64,000 nt of DNA. Source: Octopus vulgaris (taxonomy: Eukaryota). The notes under the pieces were generated by a model. It made no database searches and had not been told where the DNA came from. It saw nothing but the letters and a program-made list of their open reading frames with translations. Position numbers and translations under genes: made by a program. The stretch's first letter is position 1. Every line of letters starts with the position of its first letter. The DNA is taken from positions 97,402,001 through 97,466,000 of the forward strand of contig OX597821.1 of assembly GCA_951406725.2 (NCBI GenBank), in the 5' to 3' direction. This document shows, one piece after another, positions 44,900-57,498 of the stretch.

Positions 44900-45785
44900 A
44901 TAATAATCTTTTCTACTAAAGGCACAAGGCCTGGAATAATAATAATCATTACAGAAATTTTATAATTATCATTATTATTAGTGGCATTTCATCCACCTTT
45001 ACATTCTGGGTTCAAATTCTGCTGAGATTGACTTTGCCTTTCATTCTTTTGGAGTTGATAAATTGATTGTCTTGTGCTAAAATTTAAAACTACTATTATC
45101 AGTATTATTGTGATAGTAAAAGTGGTGGGCTGACAGAATTGCTAGCATGCCAGACAAAATGCTTAGTGGTATTTCATTTGTCTCTATGTTCTGAGTTCAA
45201 ATTCCACTGAGGTCGACTTTGCTTTTCATTCTTCCAGGGTCAATAAAATAAGCACCAGTTGAGCACCGGGGTTGATGTAAGCGACTAGTCCTTGTGCCGA
45301 TTGCAGAAAGGGTTATTATTATGGTAGTAGAGAAAGGTGGCAAGTTGGCAGAACCCTTAGCATACTGGATGAAATGTTTAGCAATATTTCGTCTGCTACC
45401 ACGTTCTGAGTTCAAATTCCGCCAAGGTTGATTTTACCTTTCATCCTTTCAGGGTTGATAAATTAAGTACCAGTTGAACACAGGGGCTGATCTAATCAAC
45501 TTATCCCCTCCCTTGAACTTGCTGGCCTTGAGCCAAAATTTAAAATCCTCATCATTATTATTATCATTAAGATGGCGAGCTTGCAGAGTTGTTAGTATGC
45601 CAGGCAAAATGCTTAGCAGAATTCTGTCTGTCCTTACATTCTGAGTTCAAATTCTGCCAAGGTCAGCTTTACCTTTCATCCTTTCAGGATCGATAAATTA
45701 AGTATCAGTGAAACACTGGGGTCGATGTGATCAACAATCCCCTCCCCACAAATTCCAGGCCTTGTGCCTATATTAGAATGGGTTA
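44900..45785 (+). mobile_element. Cluster of at least four co-oriented Nin-domain SINEs
   Basis: gttcaaattc..ctttcat cores at ~45010, 45195, 45410 and 45645, separated by TAT-rich spacers. Confidence 0.8.
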
Positions 45786-46419
45786 TTATGGTAGTAGTGT
45801 GACAAAAGCAATACTTAGTTTCACTCTTTTGACTTCAAATCTCATCCATGATAAATTGATTTTCATTTCTCCATGGGAATGGGAATGGAATCAATAAATT
45901 ATGTACCAGTAGCATACTAAGGATCAAACCATTCAGAATATTAAATACCAAAGTCAAGCCAGTCAAGTGAGAGAGATTTAAACAGAGAATGTTAAGGGAT
46001 GTAACTAAATACAAGAAGGCATTTTGTCCGACATTGTATTGATTTTGCCAAAGCACTGAACTCCAAGATATGAAAGGGAAAATGAAAAGCGACATGATGC
46101 CACAGTGAAAAAGTAAATCTTTGGTTATTGACAGTTATGTCTTCTTTGTAAAGGTGGTGGGGTTGGTGTGTTGTGGTTGTTTTTCACCCCATAATTCGAA
46201 ACGATTAATTCTTCAAAGAATCAAAGAAAGCAGCTAAGACGATTATTGTCCAGCGATTCCGAGATAAGGAACCAAGGGACTAACACCGTTTCTTCACAGA
46301 TTAATAAGTGTCCATCTTTTCTCGCAGCTTCCGTCTACGACTTTGATTTGATGTGATCTGATGTGTTGTGGTTTGTAGAATTATCTCGATCAAAAAAAAA
46401 ATTTTTAAATCAATTACGG

Positions 46420-46975
46420 TAACAACAACAACAACTCTAACAATAGAAACCGTTACAACAAAAACAATCATAACAACAACAACAACAGCCATTGCAACAA
46501 CTATAACAACAAGAGCAACATCCTTAATATCTAGAGCAGCAGCAACAACAAAAACAATAGCAACAAGAACAACAACAACAACAGTTATAATAACAGCAGC
46601 TATAACACAATAACAGCAACAGAAACAACAATAAGGAGACCATCAGCAACTACTACAACAATAGCACCATCAATAATAATAATAATAATAATAATAACAA
46701 CAACAGCAGCAATAGCTATTGCACAGCAACAATAACAAAAACTGCAGCAGTTTTTATGCAATAGCAATAAAAACAATAACCACAACAACAATAGCACCAC
46801 CACCATAACAGTAGCTATTACAACAACAACAACAACAACCGCTGTTATACAATAGTGGTAAAAGCAACAGCAACAGTATCATCAATAACAATTCCACCAG
46901 CATCACAACAGTAGCTGTAACAAACAGCAGCCAACAGCTATTACGCAATAACCACAACAACAACAACGGTATCAA
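46420..46975. repeat. Degenerate AAC/AGC/AAT trinucleotide array
   Basis: Direct reading. Confidence 0.9.
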
Positions 46976-47561
46976 ATAATCATCTTTATTTACATTGGCA
47001 CAAAGCTGAACAGAGAATGAAGTATAGCAGATTGATTTAACCTCATTATGTAACTGGAACTTATGTTATTGGTATCTGGATGGGTATGAAGTGAAAGTTG
47101 GCTTCACCTGGATTTGAACCCAGTATTTGCTATGGCTCTTTGTATTCGACAGTGCAAATCCTGCCACTTCGCCTTTTGTTAAAATAAAGTACCAGTAAGT
47201 CATTAAAAATAAAGTACCAGTAAAGTGCTGGCACTGATATCATTAACTGGCAGAATTTGAACTCGGAATAAAAAAACCCCAAAAAATGCCACAAAGCATT
47301 TTATCTGGTGACCTAACAATCACCTTGCTGCCTTAATAATAATAATCTTTTCAAATAAAGGCACAAGGCCTGAAATTTTGGGGGAGGGGGCTAGCTAATT
47401 ATATCGACTAATTTATTGACCCTGAAAGGATGAAAAGCAAAGTCAACTTTGACAGAATTTGAACTCAAAACATGAAGACAGACAAAATACTGCCAAGCAT
47501 TTCGCCCAGAGTGCTAATGATTCTGCCAGCTCACCTTATTATTATTATTATTATTATTATT

Positions 47562-48289
47562 CCATGTTTGACTTTTGCTTTACATTTGCACAAGCTGGCA
47601 CCAAGTCTCACCCAGAGACCTCAAGAGACAACAGGTTGGAAGTTCGTGTTGGTGTTATGCCTAGGGTGACATATATTTGGTTTTGTATTTAGTGTTGTAC
47701 TAGTGAATGTCTAAAAAAAACCATACGAAAATTATGTTTGTATTAAAACTTGAGATTACATAGAAAGTATTTTGCGTAGGATATGAGCAGTTCCCATGAG
47801 CACTATCTTTTGAATTTCTGCCATTTTTGGGTTTCCTGGTATCTGAGTTAGGTAGCAATCAGCCCCTTTTGCAATCATTCCCAGGGCACCTTTGACAACA
47901 GGCACTGTTTTAGTCTTCAGGTTCCACATTTTGCTGATTTCTATTTCCAGATCTTTATATTTGCTCAGTTTCTGATAGGTCTTGACAGATACGTTTATAT
48001 CTAATGGGACAGTTATATCAATGAGGAGGCATGTTTTTTGTCTGATGTCTTTTACTATGATGTCTGGTCTATTCGCATCTATCTTTCTGTCAGTTTGAAT
48101 GGTGAAGTTCCAGATGAGTGAGATGTGATCATTTCCAAGCACTGGAGGTGGTTTGTGTTCCCACAAGTCCAGGCTTTTGCAAATTACCCAGTGAATATAT
48201 TGTGCAGCTCTATGATGCCTGTTGAGATACTCTGTAGGCGCAAGAAGACTGCACTTGCAGACAACATGATCAATTGTTTTTATTGTTAC

Positions 48290-48340
<51 letters not shown>

Positions 48341-48514
48341 GAGTGAGATGTGATCATTTCCAAGCACTGGAGGTGGTTTGTGTTCCCACAAGTCCAGGCT
48401 TTTGCAAATTACCCAGTGAATATATTGTGCAGCTCTATGATGCCTGTTGAGATACTCTGTAGGCGCAAGAAGACTGCACTTGCAGACAACATGATCAATT
48501 GTTTTTATTGTTAC

Positions 48515-48515
<1 letters not shown>
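47562..48515 (-). mobile_element. R4/Dong-clade non-LTR retrotransposon 3' fragment (REL endonuclease plus 3' UTR) with a 225-bp tandem duplication
   Basis: TIDHVVCKC..YLNRH..IHW..WNFTIQTDRKIDANRPDII..LIDITVP..KLSKYKDL..VPVV.GALG; both ends lie in (TAA)n. Confidence 0.9.
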
Positions 48516-48566
<51 letters not shown>

Positions 48567-49084
48567 GTTATTAACACCCATTGTTACCCTAATGACTAAA
48601 AAGATTTTCCTGCCCCTATATAGGATCTTTTTTCATTTTCTTCCAACCACCTGAAGGTTTATCGTGTTCCAGTCCACTCAGCTGGCCAAAATGAGTTGTA
48701 GCTGTAATTTCAAGGGGCCAGCCTTGTCACATTCTGTGTGAGGTTGAATCTCCCTGAGAACTACATTAATGATATGCATGTCTGTGGATTACTCAGCCAC
48801 TTGTGAGTTAATTTTTATCTTTGTGTGGTAATGAAAAGTGAAAGTGACATCCAATATTTGCTGTAGTTATTTGTCTTGGAGTTAATAATGTGTCTCTCTA
48901 TCAGCTTGTGTGTCGATGATTGTGGTGGTAGTGGTGGTGGTGGTGGTGGTGGTGCTGGTGCTGGTTGTGATGGTGGTGGTGGTGGTGGTGGTGGTGGTAG
49001 TGGTGGTAGTGGTGGTTGTGGTGGTGGTGCTGGTGGTGGTGCTGGTGGTGCTGGTGGTGATGCTGGTGCTGGTGGTGGTGGAAG

Positions 49085-49535
49085 AAAATACTTGTAGACT
49101 AATAGATGTAAATGTTCCTACTGATAAAAATATATCTGTAAAGGAATTTGACAAACTTAGTAAAAATAAGGACCTAGAAATTAAAATACAAAAGATGTGA
49201 CATCTTAAAGCAAAAACTGTTCCTTTTATTGTAGGTACCCAAGGTATGATAAAAAGGGATGTCAGAAACATCTAGACATCACCCCAGGAGAACTATGTCT
49301 CAGAGAAATCCAAAAGATTGTGCTGACAAGTGCTGCCCACATCCTTAGAAATATTCTATCAATTTAAATGTCTGTTATATTACAAGGAGATATTTCATTA
49401 CTGCCCCTGCCACTTCCCCTCTCCAAGACTTCAGTTATATTGCAACAGCTCTTATCCTTCACTTGCCTTCAGGGCACTGGGTGTGTCTTGGCAAGTGATT
49501 GAAACAAACATGCAGATTAAAAGTAATAATAATTA
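49085..49535 (+). mobile_element. Second R4/Dong C-terminal fragment plus 3' UTR
   Basis: TCRLIDVNVPTDKNISVKEFDKLSKNKDLEIKIQKM*HLKAKTVP..EIQKIVL..AHILR. Confidence 0.8.
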
Positions 49536-49622
49536 CAATTTGCAAGAATTTGGAGTATGAAAACTGTAAAGGTTGTGCCTATAACAATCAGTGCATTGAG
49601 AACTGTGAGTAAAGATATAGAC

Positions 49623-49847
49623 CAGTGGTTTTCAACCAGGGTTCCGCAGAACCTCAGGGTTCTGCAGAACCTCAGGGTTCCGCCAGTACAGTCCAGGGGT
49701 TCCGTAAGAAGTTACAAAACTGCTAAAATCAGCAGTAATTTTTAATTCTCCTGTGCAGAAGACTATTAAATTATTGCACATGGGTTCCTCGAGCCAGTGG
49801 AATGTTTCCTTGGGATTCTGCTCCAGCAAAAAGATTGAAAAGCACCG
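49623..49847. mobile_element. hAT-type MITE inserted in a third R4/Dong fragment (49537-49960)
   Basis: Termini cagtggttttcaacc / gattgaaaagcaccg; 8-bp TSD atatagac at 49615-49622 and 49848-49855. Confidence 0.88.
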
Positions 49848-52475
49848 ATATAGACAAATGGTTGATGGAGATTGGAACAGAATGTCTTGTAGAGTTTTTA
49901 TAGAAGGTTTGCCTCTTAGGAACAGGAAAGCTTATCAGGTAGGTTCTAAGCACTTGAAAGACTGTTGACTATTACTACCCAAGGTAGCAACCTGCTACCG
50001 ACATAAATTCTACCAGTAATAAGAACAAACCTGAGTCAAACCAATCAATAATAAAAATAATGAAGGCTTCTGATTTTGGCATGAGGCTAGTAATTTAGGA
50101 TAAGTCAATACTATCAACTCCAGCACTGAATGTTGCTTTAATTTATTGACCTTGGATGGAGGATATGCAAATATGACCTCAGTAGGATTTGAACTAAGAA
50201 TTTAAAGAGCCAGAACAAATACCGTATAGCATTTTTTCTGATACTCTGACAACTTTACCAGTGTGCCACTCCAATAGAGATGATGATGATGATGAGGGAA
50301 GGAAGAGGAGGAGGATAATGTGGGATTCTTCTATTGGTTAAAAAGGCCCAAGACAGGAACAAAGCAAGAAATATATGAAAGAACATTGAGCTGTTTAACT
50401 GAGCTATTTACATTGAACTGAAAGAGGAAAAATTCAGTAACATCAATAAAAAGTAAAAATAAACAATAAATAACAAATATAATAGAGAAGAGAACAGCAA
50501 GAAGAAATCGTCAAAAGAGAGTTGGGGTAGATACTTCGGACAAACTGGGACAACCTAGACAAAACCTCTAATTACTTTGAAATATCTTCACACAGTTGCA
50601 TGGTTAAAATATGACCATCCGGCCAAGCTAATTTTACCATTTTCATCCAACGTTTCAACCAACAAGAAAAACTCCACATTGTCATGCATCCTGCAAGGAA
50701 TAGCAGTAAAATCACCCTCAAATCACTTCCTACCATCTTTAAGAAAGGACACATTGAATAATGTGGACCTAGTTTCCCTGCTTTTAGGAAAAAGATGGCA
50801 TGGTCATGGCTGGAATATCTGTGATCATAGATTTGCTTCTTCATTGTTAAGCTGAGGTTAAACTACAAAAACAAACTTTCATAAAATTCTGCCTAGTGCA
50901 GTGATAATATTAATGTTTTGAAACAGAAGTATAGGGTCACATATTCTGAGTGGAGAAGTGAACAATTAAGCTAAGCAACCCCAGTATTAAATCAACATCA
51001 ATCAGTGAGATCACTCTATAAGGTCACTCAATCTGGAAAATATAGAAACCAAGTCTTTTGCTAAACACCCCCTTTCATCCTATAAAAAGAATGCATTGGA
51101 TAATATTCTCATAGGTCATTGAGCCTAAGAAAAAGACTGGATGGTCTCACTTAAAATGTCCTTGATGTTTGCTTTGTCAGAACTGTGTAGGGACACAGAC
51201 AAATTCCTTCTGAAATAAAGCATAACAATCATTACAAATGGAAACCTTATCATTTGGACCAGTGTTAAAAGAAGAATGTGTTCTTTGGACTTTATACATA
51301 ATGGGTACAGAATATGGAATTCCACATTGCCATATGCAAATAAGTTAGTACCTGACTGAAAAAAAAAGGTGAGACTGCATTTTACTACTCTTGTCCAAGA
51401 AATAAAATACAGAAATAAATGAACAGGAAAAGAATGTTTCCATACAACATGTATAATCTACAGCTAAACACTGTCCTAAAAATGAGTCTGCTACAATATA
51501 TGCATATATCTGGAGAGAAAATAACTCAGATGTAGAAATAACTTTGGATCCCAACTAACTAGCTAGTTTAAGAAGATACGTTCTCAGAAAATTAATGATA
51601 TCAGATATTCAAATATGGCATCATAATGAAAATACAAAGAACAAATGAAAATAAACAACAAATATAAAAATATAGAGATTATTAACATTGAGAATATCAA
51701 TCTTGAAAGCTGACACAGCATAAAAATAAGAAAAAATATATTAAAACACAAACCCTAAGAGGATATTGATAATCAACAAAAGCTGAACAAGACATATAGA
51801 AATGAAAATATGAATATGAAAATAAAATATGAATATGAAAATGATTTAAGAGGAGAAAATTACAAAGCTGGAAATTTTGAAAAGGACGATAACCTTCCCA
51901 TGTTCCAGTGAAGTATACAAGTTAATGATAAAACAGCAACATCAATAAAAACACAACTAAGATATAGAAGAGATGGTGGACAAAAAATATGAATATCAAT
52001 ATCTGAAGGTTAAACCGAATAATCTCTGCAGGCAACAGCAACAATGGTCACATGGAGAAAACTGAGTATCTTCCAAAAAATTTCTCATACAGCAATGGCT
52101 AAAACTGAATAAAACAATTTGGAAAACAAACATACAAAGAATAAAATAAATGAAAAATCTTTCTCAAGCCTGAAAGAAATCAAAAATGGAAATGTACATA
52201 GTAAAAAAAAAAAAAAAAAGAACAAAGGAGAAAAGTATTACACAAATATGGTGATGCTCATTTGCACCTATCATATGATGTCAAGATAAGGTTACACACA
52301 AACACACATATAGGTAGATAGAAAGATAGATAGATAAATAGATAGGTAGACAGACAGACAGACAGACAGACAAAGAGAAAGAGGTAGAAAGGCAGATAAA
52401 CACTAGTAGGCTTGAAGTGTATATGTACATGGAGTACAAAGTATAGATTACAGAATACAGAAAAAACAAAACAGA

Positions 52476-52783
52476 GGAATTATGTAGCGTCTTATCTTGA
52501 CAGCTGTTTCAGGACAAACCATGACTTATATAATAACCATATTCATACACAATAATTGTATAATGTCATATGTATGCACCACCATAAGCTCCAATGAAAT
52601 TGTTAAAGCAAGTTAGATAAAGTTCTCTTGAGGTGGGTCATCTAACTTACTTTAACAACTCTATCAGAATTTGTGATGTGGTACACACTTGTAAAATTAT
52701 GCACTCATTATGTATGAATGTGGTTATTACATAAGTTATACTTATCCTTAAACAGCTGTTAAGATAAGACTTTACATAATTCC
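52476..52783. repeat. ~300-bp degenerate fold-back element
   Basis: ggaattatgta..gtcttatcttgacagctgttt pairs with aaacagctgttaagataagac..tacataattcc; inner ttgttaaagcaagttagat pairs with atctaacttactttaacaa. Confidence 0.85.
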
Positions 52784-52799
52784 CCTCTTTTTTTTTTAA

Positions 52800-53055
52800 T
52801 CATCATCATCATCGTTTAGCATCCGCTTTCCATGCTAGCATGGGTTGGACGGTTCAACTGGGGTCTAGGAAGCCAGAAGGCTGCACCAGGCCCAGTCTGA
52901 TCTGGCAGTGTTTCTATGGCTGGATGCCCTTCCTAATGCCAACCACTCCGTGAGTGTAGTGGGTGCTTTTTACGTGCCACCGGCACAGGTGCCAGACAAG
53001 GCTGGCAAATGGTCATGATCAGATGGTGCTTTTTACGTGCCACCGGCACGAGGCC
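52800..53055 (-). mobile_element. RTE-type 3'-UTR copy
   Basis: Same family as 34103, 40428 and 41020. Confidence 0.85.
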
Positions 53056-53293
53056 ATATTTTGTACTAAATGTACTACATGTAAATATACACTTCAAGCC
53101 TACTGATGTATCTGCCTTTCTACCTCCATAAAAGCTCAATAAGGATTGTTCTTATAGTTTCCAATGCAGAGGTGCTTGCCCTGGATGAAGACGGAGTTTA
53201 AGTTCCCGTCCTTTCAAGCACTACTCAGTTTTATCTGTACCACACTTATTTTACTTTCACATACTTACTGTGCATGTGAATATAAATATACAT

Positions 53294-53853
53294 GATAGCC
53301 GTCCACTTGTGACCGAGGAAGACCATTGCCGACCTTCAGGAACATTGTGTGCTCTAGGACTAACATATTTTGCATTTACAGCTCCGTTGGTGGCTAATGA
53401 GCCCTGCTCTTGACAAGTATACACGACTGCAAACATTGCAGACCAAGCTTTCCCCATTCACTATACGAGCCGTGCGCTTTCGTGCAGCTCGCTTAAGTTC
53501 TTCATGCTGGATACGTGCTCTCTCAAAAGTGTTGATTCCCTCCTTAACCTGCTTCCTCCATCTGGCGATGACAGGCATTGTTCTCCCAGTCAGTGTCCTA
53601 CATATCACAGGCCTTTAATGAGGACTTGACACAGTCCTTGGATGAGGAAATATCTTTCCGGTTGCAGAGAGCAACTAATTCCTTCCGGTCTCTTCAGTCT
53701 CATGCCTGGTCCCAACATGGCATCGCAAGAACAAAAGTTGCTGTGTACCGTGCTTATGTACTGACATCGCTTCTCTACTCATGTGAGACATGGAGTCTGT
53801 ACAAACGTCAGGTAAGGGTCCTTGAACGTTTTCATCAGAGATGTCTCAGACAC
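53294..53853 (-). mobile_element. RTE-clade LINE insertion with 5' inversion
   Basis: Minus strand 53608-53294: WRKQVKEG..CNVCSRVYLSRAGLISHQRSC plus 3' UTR; plus strand ~53630-53853: LDEEISFRL..TKVAVYRAYVLTSLLYSCETW..LERFHQRCLRHI; 12-bp TSD ataaatatacat. Confidence 0.88.
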
Positions 53854-53865
53854 ATAAATATACAT

Positions 53866-53931
<66 letters not shown>

Positions 53932-54986
53932 ACACACATATATATATATTAGCCACAGGGTTCAATGCCATCATGCATAGCAACTTGAGCAGGTATCTTT
54001 TACTGTGGTCCCAAGCTGAAGAAGGCCTTGTGGGTGGTTGGATTTGGTGGGTAGAAGCTGAAAGAGGCCCATTGTATATGTATGTGTATGTATATGTGTG
54101 TAAGGGTGTATGTATGTACATATGTGTATGAGTGTGGATGTGTGTTGACCCTTGTTTCAATATCATGTAATGATTGTAAAGAAGCATCACTCTCATATAA
54201 GTGATGTTGTTGATTTCCAATCTTCCATGAAAACATGTCTGGCCATAAGGAAATATTACCTTGCTTGGAAACAGTTAAAGATTTGCAATGGGAAGAAAAT
54301 CTGCCTCAACTCTGCTGAAGAAAATCTACCCCAACAAATCCCATTTCACCCATCCAAGCATGGAAAGGTGGAGGCTAAACAATGATGATGATCATCATCA
54401 TTAAATATACAACAAAAATGTACCTGAAGTCAATAACTACCTTGAAGAAGAGATTCTTGCCAAATCACAAAGATTTTGTTGCAGAATTTTTGAGTGAAAC
54501 AAACAGTTTGACTCCAGTCCAAAACATTATTATCAAGGGCTTTGTTAAAAAGAAAACAAAAAAGAAACTCATAAATTAATACTGTAGTTCTAACAAAACA
54601 AGAGAAGTTGAAAATTTTCTGGGGAGGAATATGGACAGTGGAAAGGTCACAATGGATGAGAATGTTAACAATAACAAGTGTAACACTTAAACACTGCTAG
54701 GAAGAAATATTTCAAGGGCTGAACCAGAAATTCTGTGGGGAAACTGAACAAATGGAAATCAACTGGAAATGATGAAGTTCAAATTTCTGGCTGCAATATC
54801 TAACAGGCACAGACAAGGCAGATTCACAAAGGAGTTTGTTTCCCAACTGTGTGATTTGGGGTTCAGTCCCACTGTGTGGCACCCTAGGAAAGTGTCTTCT
54901 ACTATAGCCTTGGACTGACCAAAGCCTTGAATGGATTTGGTAGATGGAAAGTTAAATAATTTCATCATATATATCTGCATATGTAT

Positions 54987-55403
54987 TCTTTTTTTTTTTT
55001 CTTTTTACTTGTTTCAGTCATTTTGACTGTGGCCATGCTGGAGCACCACCTTTAATCGAGCAAATCGACCCCGGGACTTATTCTTTGTAAGCACAGTACT
55101 TATTCTATCAGTCTCTTTTGCCGAACCACTAGGTGACGGGGACATAAACACACCAGCATCGGTTGTCAAGCAATGCTAGGGGGACAAACACAGACACACA
55201 AACACACACATGCATATATATACATATATATACATATATACAACGGGCTTCTTTCAGTTTCCGTCTACCAAATCCACTCACAAGGCTTTGGTCGGCCTGA
55301 GGCTATAGTAGAAGACACTTGCCCAAGGTGCCACGCAGTGGGACTGAACCCGGGACCACGTGGTTGGTAAACAAGCTACTTACCACACAGCCACTCCTGC
55401 ACC
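54987..55403 (-). mobile_element. Full-length tRNA-derived CORE-like SINE
   Basis: Head ggtgcaggagtggctgtgtggtaag (A-box) and gggttcagtccc (B-box), ccttgggcaagtg core, A-rich tail; possible 7-bp TSD tatgtat. Confidence 0.88.
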
Positions 55404-55410
55404 TATGTAT

Positions 55411-55442
<32 letters not shown>

Positions 55443-55995
55443 TTAACATCCATTTTCTATGCTGGCATGGGTTGAACAATTTGATCAGAGCTGGCAAGCT
55501 GGAAAGCTGCACCAAGTTCCAGTCTGATTTGGCTTGGTTTCACTGGCTAGATGCTGCCTTCCTAATGTCAACCATTTTACAGTGTGTGCTGGGCGCTTTT
55601 AATGTTCCATCAGCATGAGCATTTTTATGTGGCACCAGCACAGTATTCTTGCAGGTCATTCCTCTTCACCAGGGAATGCAGCCTTAACAATTCTGCTGTG
55701 GAAGATGGGTTTTCTTGAGTACAGCAAGGCACCAGGTATCTTGGTCCTCTGTCATCTCATCCTTCAGTACTTCATCCAATATCTTCTTGGGTCACCCTCT
55801 TCCATGAGTTCCAACTACTTTGGTACTTTTTTCTGGAGCTGTTGGCATCCCTCTGCATCACATGACCAAACTAGCACACTGCATCTAATTCCTCTTACAC
55901 CTAACTTCTCTCCCAATACACTAACTCTCTGTTGCATATGTACACTTACATTACACATCCAGCAGAGCATACTAGCCTCATTCCTCTCTAGCCTT
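55411..55995 (-). mobile_element. RTE LINE 3' end (ORF2 C-terminus, 3' UTR, (GAT)n)
   Basis: RLERNEASMLCWMCNVS..LGEKLGVRGIR, FGHVM, LKDEMTEDQDTWCLAV, followed by a diverged version of the 34103-type UTR. Confidence 0.75.
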
Positions 55996-56054
55996 CACGC
56001 GTGTGTGTGTGTGTGTGTGCGTGTGTGTGTGTATGTGTGTGTGTGTGTGCGCGC

Positions 56055-56096
<42 letters not shown>

Positions 56097-56872
56097 CTCC
56101 ACATCTTGACATTGCATAATAGTTGTAAACAAGTGTCACCTTCATATATGTGGTGTCATTTATTTTCAGTCTTCCATAAAAACATGTCCAGCTATGGAGA
56201 AATACTAGCTTGCTGGAAAACAGGTGAGGATTGGCAACAAGGAAGGCCATTCAACTATACAAAATCTTCTTGAATGAATTCTGTCTAATCCATAGAAAGT
56301 GGATGTTAAAACATCATGATGATGATGATGATGTACATACAAAGTACTGGCCAAAAGTATTTGACTATTTACTGAAAGATCAGCAATAACATCTAAATGA
56401 CTCACTGAGCTATTTGGGTGTTATTTTGTCATAATCTCCAGAACTGACAAAAACATGTAATATCCAAACTACATACCCACAAGCTGACAGTATAGAAATC
56501 CTAAGCGACAATATTACCACAAAAAAATCAATGCTTGCCTGGAGAAAAAAATAACACATTTTCAGAAGAAGAGAGGAAATATTGCCTTATGAGTCTTATT
56601 CCTTCTGTTCAGAGTAGAAGGAATGCTACAAAGGCTTCTATGGTTATTGATAAATAAATTACTGATAAATAAAGGCTTATATGTAAATGAAGCTATATCT
56701 GAAGACTATAAGATGAGAAAGAAGGATCTGAGTATGGCACACATTGATCACCAGGAGGGTCTTGACAGTGTTCCCTGCTTGTTGGGTATGGAAATATTCA
56801 GTAAGCTAGTAGAAACAAAGAGCAAATATGTCAAACACGTCATGAGAAAATATAAGGTAAATTAACATATTC

Positions 56873-57375
56873 AAATACCCTCCATCAGGCATTTGCCATA
56901 TCCTGAACGCCTTACTTCCCTGGGCATGGACATATTGAAACTCCGACGTCTGGCAGCTGACTTGGCAGACACCCATAAAATTATCAACCATCGTACAAAC
57001 AATAACTCTGAGCACCTTTTCGAACTCCACCCGTCTAACACCCGTGGACATATTTACAAAGTCAGAAAACAGCACAGGTCCCATGACTTCAGGAAACATT
57101 TTTTCATGCTGAGAGTTGCTGAAGCATGGAACAAACTGCCGGCATCAGTTGTTAGTTGCCAGAGCACTGCATCCTTCAAAACTTCCATGCTTTCTGAGAT
57201 TCGCCAACACTACACCTGATTTTCTCCCCTCCATACACACACAAGCATGTATCTGACTCATACATTGTTTGCTTTCCAGACATTTGTACATTACTGCATA
57301 TACTTTATACGCACTTTCTGACAAGTAGTGGTGCATCTGAGCACTGTATACAATAATTTCATTATTATTATTATT
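56873..57375 (+). mobile_element. CR1-group LINE 3' end
   Basis: PYPERLTSLGM..LKLRRLAADL..HKII..TRGH.YKV..RKHFF..RV..AWNKLPASVV....ASFK, then 3' UTR and (ATT)n. Confidence 0.9.
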
Positions 57376-57449
57376 TAAATTAAAGAAAGAATTACAAAAT
57401 TACAACTGATTCTAATTATTCATATGATAAGAAGAGGAGTATTTTGAAG

Positions 57450-57498
<49 letters not shown>

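Noticed and set aside
47756-48577. 273-aa ORF as a functional gene
   Set aside because: It is a retrotransposon fragment extended by (TAA)n read as poly-Ile and by a tandem duplication.
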